The notes under the pieces were generated by a model that had not been told where the DNA came from, did not search any database, and was given only the letters and a program-made list of their open reading frames with translations. Source: Octopus vulgaris (taxonomy: Eukaryota). From it: a DNA stretch of 64,000 nucleotides. The stretch spans positions 4,030,001-4,094,000 of the forward strand of contig OX597827.1 of the NCBI GenBank assembly GCA_951406725.2, given 5' to 3'. This document shows positions 55,249 through 64,000 of the stretch, one piece after another. The position numbers and the translations under genes are program-made. Position 1 is the stretch's first letter, and each line of letters begins with the position of its first letter.

Positions 55249-55477
55249 TTAACCCTTTAGCATTTAAACCGGCCATATCCGGCCAAAAGTATTCTGCCTG
55301 TTTTATGTTCAAACTGGCCAGATCTGGTCTCTCACACCAACCCTACAATATTGTTTTAAAAATTAACAGCTACCTCATCAAAATCTCATAGCTACAAGAT
55401 AATGCATGATTAGTTCAAAACAATTTGGATAAAATAGCATTAATTTTGGCAGAATAATGCGAACACTAAAGGGTTAA
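55249..55477. mobile_element. piggyBac-type MITE
   Basis: TTAA-CCCTTTAG...CTAAAGGG-TTAA. Confidence 0.88.
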
Positions 55478-56339
55478 GGGATTAACTGCCCCTTTAGTGA
55501 TATGACAGAATCATTAGAATGCCAGGCAAAATGCTTAAGGGCAGTTCATCCGTCTTTACATTCTGAGTTCAAAATCCACTGAGGTCGAATTTGCTTTTCA
55601 TCCTTTCAGGGTTGATAAAATAAGCACTACTTGAGCATTGGGGGTCGATGTAATGAACTTACATCGACCCCCAAAATTGCTGACCTTGTGACAAAATTTG
55701 AAACAGATGATATTATCTGCTCATGCCCTAAAATTTCTGTCCTTATAAGAAACCAATTTCATTTAATTTCATGATACAGTTCAAGGAGCCACACCTGTAT
55801 ATAAATTCTCAATAGACACTCTTGCACAAAATTTGTTTATTGTTATAAACATTATTGAAAACCCTTCTTCACAATGATAAGAGGATAGGAACTGTAAAAA
55901 GCTCTCCAGGCCGCGTATTCCTCAGATATATGTGATATGTTTAGCTGGTTAGGATTACTTCAAAATTTTAATGCTTTAATACAAATCCCCACAATTTCCC
56001 TTGCATACTCCTAGGGATATGGGTACTTCACTCTATGGTTACTGTTTTTGTAACTGTTTTGTCTCTAGTCAGTAATGATTGAGCAAACCTACGAACTTGG
56101 ACATTTCAAATGTGACCATCCTGTCATTTTAAATATCAAAAGATTTCTTTGTTCGGTGTTTCCTTCTGAATTCAAAGACAATACAATGTGATTCGAGTGA
56201 GATGGCGTTACTATTTCTGTCTTGTTGAGCTTACAGTACAGAGCACTGGCTTCAGGATGCAGCTTTGAGAGTTGATGGTAATTCATAATGCTGTCTAATA
56301 ACAGTTACCATGATAGAATAAACATTAGTGTGACTTATT

Positions 56340-56431
56340 GGGATGCTGCTACTGCTGCGGATGCAGATGATGATGATGATGATGATGATGGCAATGGTAA
56401 AGACAATGACAACGATGTCGATGATGATGAC

Positions 56432-56492
<61 letters not shown>

Positions 56493-56533
56493 GCAACGGT
56501 AAAGACAATGACAATGATGTTGATGATGATGAC

Positions 56534-56588
<55 letters not shown>

Positions 56589-57000
56589 GCAACGGTAAAG
56601 ACAATGACAATGATGTTGATGATGATGACGATGATGATGATGGTGGTGGTGATGATGGTGGTGGTGGTGGTGGTGGTGGTGGTGGTGGTGAGGAAGAGGA
56701 GGAGGAAGGGGAAGAAGAAAAAGAAGAGAAGAGGAAGAGAAGGAAAAGGAGGAAAAGGAGGAAGAAGAAGAAGAAAGGGAAGAGGAGGAAAAGGAAGAAG
56801 GGGAAGAGAAGGAAGAGGAGGAAGATAGTGCTGCTGCTGCTGAGGATGATGATGATGATGACAATGATGATAGCAATGACATTACTGCAGCTGTTATTGC
56901 AACTGTTAGTGCAGCTACTGCTGTTGCTGCTGCTGCTGCTGTTGATCCTGATGCTACTACTACTACTACTACTACTACTGCTGCTGCTGCTGTGCTGTTA
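56340..57000. repeat. Compound trinucleotide array (GAT/GGT/GAR/CTG/CTA) with three higher-order copies of ggcaa.ggtaaagacaatgacaa.gatgt
   Basis: Direct inspection. Confidence 0.95.
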
Positions 57001-58191
57001 CAGTTGATGTTGCAGATAATGATGCTGATAGCAATGACAATGATAAGCCATCGTTATGAATGTTCAAAGACTTCTTAGTCATCCCTTAAAGAGAGCTATC
57101 CAGCAGACATTTTTCACTTAATCCCCTCCTATCCCTGGTTGGTTAAGAAGCTTAGGAAATAATCTTACATACTAATTTCTATCTATGGTCTTGTGATATG
57201 GACCTGTAATTCTATCTGTCATGTCAGTGCACTTGGTGCAATAAAAATTCCAATGCAATATATTAAAGAACTATTTGGTGTGGTTAAGAAGCTCATTTTG
57301 GAACCACAACGTTTTAGGTTCAATCCCATTGCACGGCACCTTGAGGCAAGTGTCTTCCACTACAAGCCCAGGCCAACCGATGCCTTGTGAATGAATTGGC
57401 AGAAAGAAACTGTGTGGAAAACCCATTGTATTTATATATGTCCATTGGTGTGGCCCTTGGAGTTTCCCACCATGGAGTTTTGTTTCACTGATATTTATTT
57501 TTCTTTTCCATGTTATTTCACATAGTTTCAACGAATGTGACATCAAAATCACACAAAAACAGCTCCTTTCTCAAAGATTTGGCTGCTATTTCTAGTACGT
57601 CCTACTACCACATAACAGCTATTTGTGATAAAGGACCCACCAGTATTTTGTTGGGAAATAATTTTTAGACACCTCCCTCCTTTCTTTTTCGGAAAAAAAG
57701 TGGCTTGCACCAGGTTTGGAAGTCAGATACATTGAATGCACTCAAAAAAAAAAAAGAAAAACTGGGGAAAAATATTATTTCACACCGAAGTATGAATGAG
57801 TCCTTTACGAAATATCTACCCAATTTATTTACTGATACACAAATACACCAGTACAGAGCATTGTAAACAATGAAAGTAGCTGTAATAAGTTTTTTTGGTA
57901 CCAGGCATTGTTACAATGGTAAACATTAGACAGAATGGTTGACAGAATGGAAAGAGAATAATTGAAATGTGATGTCATCGTCGTCATCATCATGGTATAA
58001 AATGCCCATTACTATAGTTGACTATAGAAAGATTATTTTTGAGAAAATGTTATATTATTTCAATCCAAATGAAAATAAAAATTACATGTTAACAATCGTG
58101 GGGTGTAATAATATAACCTTATAAAATTTGATTTGATTTAGTGGGGCCGTTTGAGAATACATAGGGAACACACAAAGAATTTCATATATTA

Positions 58192-58430
58192 AGGCAGCTA
58201 GGTGGCAGAATTGTTAGCACGCTGGATAAAATGATTAGCAGCATTTCGTCTGCCTTTAGTTTCTGAGTTCAAATTCCGCAGAGGTCAACTTTGCCTTTCA
58301 TCCTTTTGGGGTTGATAAAATAAGTACCAGTTGAGTAGTGGGGGTCGATGCAATCGACTATTCCCCTTCCTCAAAATTTCAGGCCTTGTGCATATAGTAG
58401 AAAAGATTATTATTACTATTTATTATTACT
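58192..58430 (+). mobile_element. tRNA-derived SINE family 2 with Meta-domain-like centre and (ATT)n tail. Others (approximate): 3688-3850+, 8255-8400+, 28310-28390+, 35515-35708-, 48600-48835+, 53725-53865+, 55500-55700+
   Basis: gagttcaaatt B-box; ttgcctttcatcctt..gggt.gataaaataagtacc; tail gaaa(a/g)gattattatt. Confidence 0.85.
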
Positions 58431-60551
58431 ATATATATATATATATATATGTATGTATATATATGTATATGAGTGAGTAAGTGCACTAATGGAAGAAACA
58501 GGCACTCAACAGATTTAGAAGGAGTTACATGTATACTCCATGCAACTTAAGTTTCATGGACTTCTAACAGAAACTTGTCTCTTTCAGGCTTAGATTACTG
58601 AATGGAGAAACACAGGAAGCTCAAAATAGCTACTAGAAAGTAGGCTGTTATAATAAAACTAGGTTCAGCTGTAGAAATCTTGCCAGATCAGATTGAAGCC
58701 TTGTGCAGCCTCTGGCTCACCAGTCCTCAGTCAAACCGTCAAACCCATGCCAGCATGAAAAATGGACGTTAAACGATGATGATGATGATGCCTCACACAC
58801 GCTCGCACAAATGCCCACAACACCATCCACAACTTCTCTGGATCCTCATCACTCATCGCCATGATCATTTTCTCTTTCATGCTCCTTTCCACTCACACCT
58901 CCTCGTCCACATTCACTCTTTTAATGCCGGCTTGGACTGGACATCCTCCTGCCCCACCACTCAACTCAATCATCATGCTTACTACTTAATAAGAGAGATG
59001 GATTTTCTCAACAGCAGCCATTCAACTGTGACTAGATTATGGCTAAAATTACTGTGGCAACTAATATGACAACAACAGCATAAAATAGTGCTACAGCTAG
59101 CAGAAATAGAATGGACAAGCAGTAACAGTGCTGGGTTACCAGCAAGTAGATGGTGAGCTCAAATCCAGTCAGCTAGTGTTTATTTTTGCATTTCAACAGT
59201 GTACTTAATCTTGATATCTTTAATTGATTTGCAAGCTTTTTGATGTAAATTCAAGTGTAGAAACAGCTTTTGTTGTATCTCAAGAAGCTTGTTATGCCAA
59301 TAGTAAACACACTTAGCTTCTATTTCACTTCTTAATTATTTGTTAATTGGTTAACTATTTATACCAATGAACTTATTAATTGTTTGATTAGGCATTAGGT
59401 TTATCAAACATTCAGTTATTAATTAATCAAAATAACACCAAATATATAGTGTGTGTGTTTTATTGGCTAAACTGGCAAAATGAACAATATCTGTTTCAAC
59501 ACACGACTTCACATAAAAAAACAAATATATAAACGTATATATCAGAATTACTACTATTTTTGCGGTTTGAGTTTTGGCTGCTCTTTTCAAGTGAGTTGAA
59601 TGACCTGTAAGGGTCTTTCCTTAATATATTAGTTATTTTCATAAGTTGAATAATAAAGAAGTGAAATAGAACCAGTGCATGTTTATCATTAGCATAATGA
59701 CCCTCCTGTGATGCAAATTAATTCTTAATCTCAGTTGGTATTTGTTGGGGGTGATACATATATATCTCTTGCATAAAAAAAAAAAGATCTCTCTCTTTGG
59801 ATTAGGCAGCTGTTTATTTTATTACATGAAATATTCCCTGAAAATTTGGTTACTCATTTGCATATTCAGATTAAATGAATCAAGTATGGTGCCTTTATAT
59901 CATATCAAAATCAAAACAAAAAAAAAACCTCATAGCTATCTCTAATGTCATTGAGAAATTGTGGGCAATATTATTGCTTGCCAGAGAAGTTGGCAGTTCA
60001 TAAAACGCCAGAGGCAATGCATTGTATCTGTGAGAGAGAGACAGCTCCACTTGTTGCCTGTAGTTCAGCTAACGACTGTCATTGCTTCGTGCATTTTCTA
60101 TACTGGGATATGTTAGCAAAGACAGAAAATGGGAATTTTCATCTTTTGCTAAGGCATGATCTTCAAAAAAAAAAAAAGTGGATAAATAAAATATCTGCCA
60201 AGACTTGTGCTAGATGGTTATTTAGCATTTGCCTGAAGCGATCGGCAGATGAAAGACCTATAAGTGAAGGAAGTATATTTTAATGGGCGAGAGGTGAACA
60301 TTTGATAAAACTTCAAAATCTATATTTGCGTGTGTGGGTATGCAAATATATAAATACGCATGTATAAATATATATCTATGTATATATCTATAGCAATCTA
60401 TCTATCTCTCTCTATATAAATATATATGTATGTATGTGTATATATATACACATTTAAATGTATAGATGTATTTATAAATACATATATGCATTTATATATA
60501 TGTAAATGCATATATATATAAAAATATACATGCATATGTATGTGAATATAT

Positions 60552-60583
<32 letters not shown>

Positions 60584-60667
60584 ACACACATGCAAGCACA
60601 CTCACACATGCACACACATACACTACAAACACATATGTGTATGTGCATATCTGTGTGTGTATATATG

Positions 60668-60722
<55 letters not shown>

Positions 60723-60723
60723 C

Positions 60724-60811
<88 letters not shown>

Positions 60812-61407
60812 GTCATCATCATCATCATCATCACCATCCTCATTTCAAGTTTGCTTTTTACATGCTAGCATAGGTTGGATAGTTCAACGAGATCCAACTG
60901 GCTATGTACCACCTTGAGCTCCAACATTTGTTTGCTTTGGTACCAATGACTGGTTGGCCTTCATGATGTCAGAATGTGATAGGTGTATTTTGCATGTCAC
61001 CAGCATTATAGAGGTTGTCTTGTTCTTGGTAAACCTAAAGAGTCTTATTGACCTGCATTGTTGTCTCTGCTCCATTTGTCAACCCTTAGCAGAGTATACT
61101 AGGTGTCTTTTCATGGCACCGGCACAACTGTGACTATTTTCTAACTTAGCAAGACTGCTATGACTCTGTAAGTGTGTGTGTGTGTGTGTGTGTGTTTTAC
61201 TGTTCCCTTGCTTTGGCATTGTGTCACCATCATGCAAATGGTGTCCTTGATTTCCAATCGTCCATGGAAGCATAGCTGGTCATGTAGAAATAGTAGCTTA
61301 GTTGGAAACAGGTGAGGGTTGGTGACAGAAAGGGCATCCAGCCATCGAAAATCTGCCCCAACAAATACTGTCTCAAATACAAGCATGGCGAAGACGGCAT
61401 TAAAAAG

Positions 61408-61648
<241 letters not shown>

Positions 61649-62729
61649 ATAACTTGAGGGTGGATTTGAACTCCAGACCTACTTGTTGTCCCGTTCAGTT
61701 ACTGCCTGTCTAGTGTCTTTTTTTCTTAGAATGCTAACATTGCTTTGCACTATTAGTCAATGACACATTAGTTGCTACAGTAATTTTAACCAAAACACGG
61801 TTACGGTTTAATGGTTGTTATTGAGAAACTCCTTCAGCCATGAAAATGACCAACTCTTGTAACGTCTGAACGATGTCTAAATGAATGCAGCACTAATGGA
61901 AATTAAACAAATTTTTCTTGTTGGATATTTTCATAATTCTAACATCATGTAGAATTTCACTTTGGATGGAAATTCCAATTTCCAATACTGCCTATCATCA
62001 TCATCATCATCATCGTTTAGCGTCCGTTTTCCATGCTAGCATGGGTTGGACGGTTCAACAGGGGTCTGTGAAGCCAGAAGGCTTCATCAGGCCCAGTCAA
62101 ATCTGGCAGTGTTTCTACGGCTGGATGCCCTTCCTAACGCCAACCACTCCGCGAGTGTAGTGCGTGCTTTTTACGTGCCACCTGCACAGGTGCCAGGCGG
62201 AGCTGGCAAACGGCCACGAACGGATGGTGCTTTTACGTGTCACCGGCACGGGGGCCAGGCAAGGCTGGCAAATGGCCACGAACGGATGGTGCTTTTTATG
62301 TGCCACCGGCACGAGGCCAGTCGGGGCGGCACTGGCAACGGTTGCGAAACGGAAGGTTCTCTTACATGCCACTGGCACTGGTAACACATCTGCAATTTCC
62401 ATTGAATGATTTCGATTGCAATTTCCATATTTAACATTTACTTTTCCATGCTTGCATGGGTCAGGCAAATTTTGTTGAGGCAGATTTTCTACAATTGGAT
62501 GTCATTCCTGTCTATAATCGGCATTCGTCTGTTTCTGGGGCAAGGCAATATTTCTCCATGATCAGATATGTATTTTTTTCTTTTCACAGATGACCGGAAA
62601 CAAACAACAGTGCTTGTATGATGATGATGATGATGATGGTCATCCACAACTATCACATGATATCAAAACAAGAGTGTACACAAACACACATACATATATT
62701 CATATATATGTGTGTATATGTGTGTGTGC

Positions 62730-62761
<32 letters not shown>

Positions 62762-62764
62762 ATG

Positions 62765-62815
<51 letters not shown>

Positions 62816-62850
62816 ACGTATATATATATGTATATATATGTATATATATA

Positions 62851-63244
62851 TATGTTGGGTCATCCCATAAATAATATGGTTTTTCAATTGCACGAACTAA
62901 AACTTGGAGATGAACAGGATAAACAACCTACATCAACATGGTATAAAAGCAGGTAGTAATTTTACCTTTGTTCTTAGTCTTAGCACAAGTTTTGGAGAGT
63001 GCAGTTCGATGTTAGTTATTTTTTCAAAGCTATAATGGAAGTGACAAAGGAGCATATTTGGCATATTTTGCTTTATGAGTTCAATAAAGGCAACAACACA
63101 ATGGAAAGTGTGAGGAATATTAATGCAGCATTTGGAGATTGGACATTAAGCGTAAGTCAGTGTCAACGGTGGTTCCAGAAATTCTGAGCCGGAAACTACA
63201 GCCAAGAAGACGAGCCTCATCCTGGAAGATCTTGGTGGAACAAA
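62851..63244 (+). mobile_element. 5' part of the same mariner family
   Basis: TIR tgttgggtcatcccataaataat; MEVTKEHIWHILLYEFNKG..QRWFQKF. Confidence 0.88.
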
Positions 63245-63450
63245 ATACCCATGGAAGAAGCAAGCACCAAGTCCCGAGCAGACTTAAGTACCCCAAATAT
63301 ATCCAAAATAGAAAATATACCCCAAATATATACCCCAAAATAGAAAAGTACCCCAAATATATCCAAAATAGAAAAATCTTTTTCTATTTTGGATATATTT
63401 GGGGTACTTAAGTCTGCTCGGGACTTGGTACTTGTTTCTTCCGTGGGTAT
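63245..63450. repeat. Fold-back with about 70-bp inverted arms enclosing tandem copies of taccccaaatatatccaaaatagaaaa
   Basis: 63245-63315 is the near-perfect reverse complement of 63380-63450. Confidence 0.85.
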
Positions 63451-63821
63451 GAATAAGTATTTCATTTATATCTCGCGTATTTGCCGCTGAATAGTGGAAA
63501 ATTTCTTGTGAATTAACCCCGAAATTGGACCAATATGGTAATAACGAATTTTTTAGAGATTTCTATCAGTTTGTTACGAGACGCATAAATTTAATGGTTA
63601 TCGACAATTTTTTGTGTCAGCGTATCTGGCATTAGAATTTTTCTTCTGCCCTTATCTTGTAAATTATGTATAAATTTTACCTTTAAAGGCATTTTTTGAT
63701 ATGCTGGCCATTGATAAAATTTTTTTCGGGAAAAAAATTTTATCCTATATCAATTATATATATATATATCTATGTTTATGTGTGTATGTATATATATGTA
63801 TATATATATATACATATATAT

Positions 63822-64000
63822 ATACAAGGTCTAATCAATAAGTATCTGGACTTGCCATAGTAACGAAGGTAAAGCACACAGAGTAAAGCTGCTTGGTATA
63901 TATCGACCTTGAACTCTGCTGTGCATGGACACTAAGTTTTACCGTTCTAGCTGACTTCTGCTGTTTACAGTAACGCTTGGAAGGAAGGTGCATTGCATGT
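63822..64000 (+). mobile_element. Probable left end of another Tc1/mariner element running off the window
   Basis: tacaaggtctaatcaataagtatctggac resembles mariner TIRs; follows (TA)n. Confidence 0.4.

Noticed and set aside
56288-57007. 239-aa poly-D/G/E/K/L ORF
   Set aside because: It is entirely stop-free trinucleotide repeat, open in several frames on both strands, with no splice or domain support.
60225-60270. CTGAAGCG-ATCggcaGAT-GAAA hammerhead-like string
   Set aside because: A9 is missing, helices I and III are poor, and it is single-copy with no repeat context.

Overview
AT-rich eukaryotic (animal) genomic DNA made mostly of microsatellites and transposon debris. The SINE repertoire and (TA)n/(CA)n density suggest a coleoid cephalopod, probably Octopus; this is an inference and no search was run. 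No intact protein-coding gene is visible, and almost all listed ORFs are microsatellite or SINE artefacts. A host gene with very long introns probably runs on the minus strand: two well-bounded exons (18910-19027, 242-318) plus weaker candidates, including a 9-nt microexon. Recognisable elements are a Tigger/pogo fossil, several mariner fossils, piggyBac-type MITEs, a non-autonomous Helitron, CR1, RTE and R4/Dong LINE fragments, four SINE-like families, and two Penelope-like (Naiad-type GIY-YIG) fragments. The most striking signal is about 15 type I hammerhead-ribozyme-like motifs from at least six Penelope-like terminal-repeat families. Most are short non-coding units in (TA)n tracts, often arranged as inverted or fold-back pairs, and one family shows a recurring non-canonical core. 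All alignments and folds were done by eye; coordinates of degenerate repeats are approximate.
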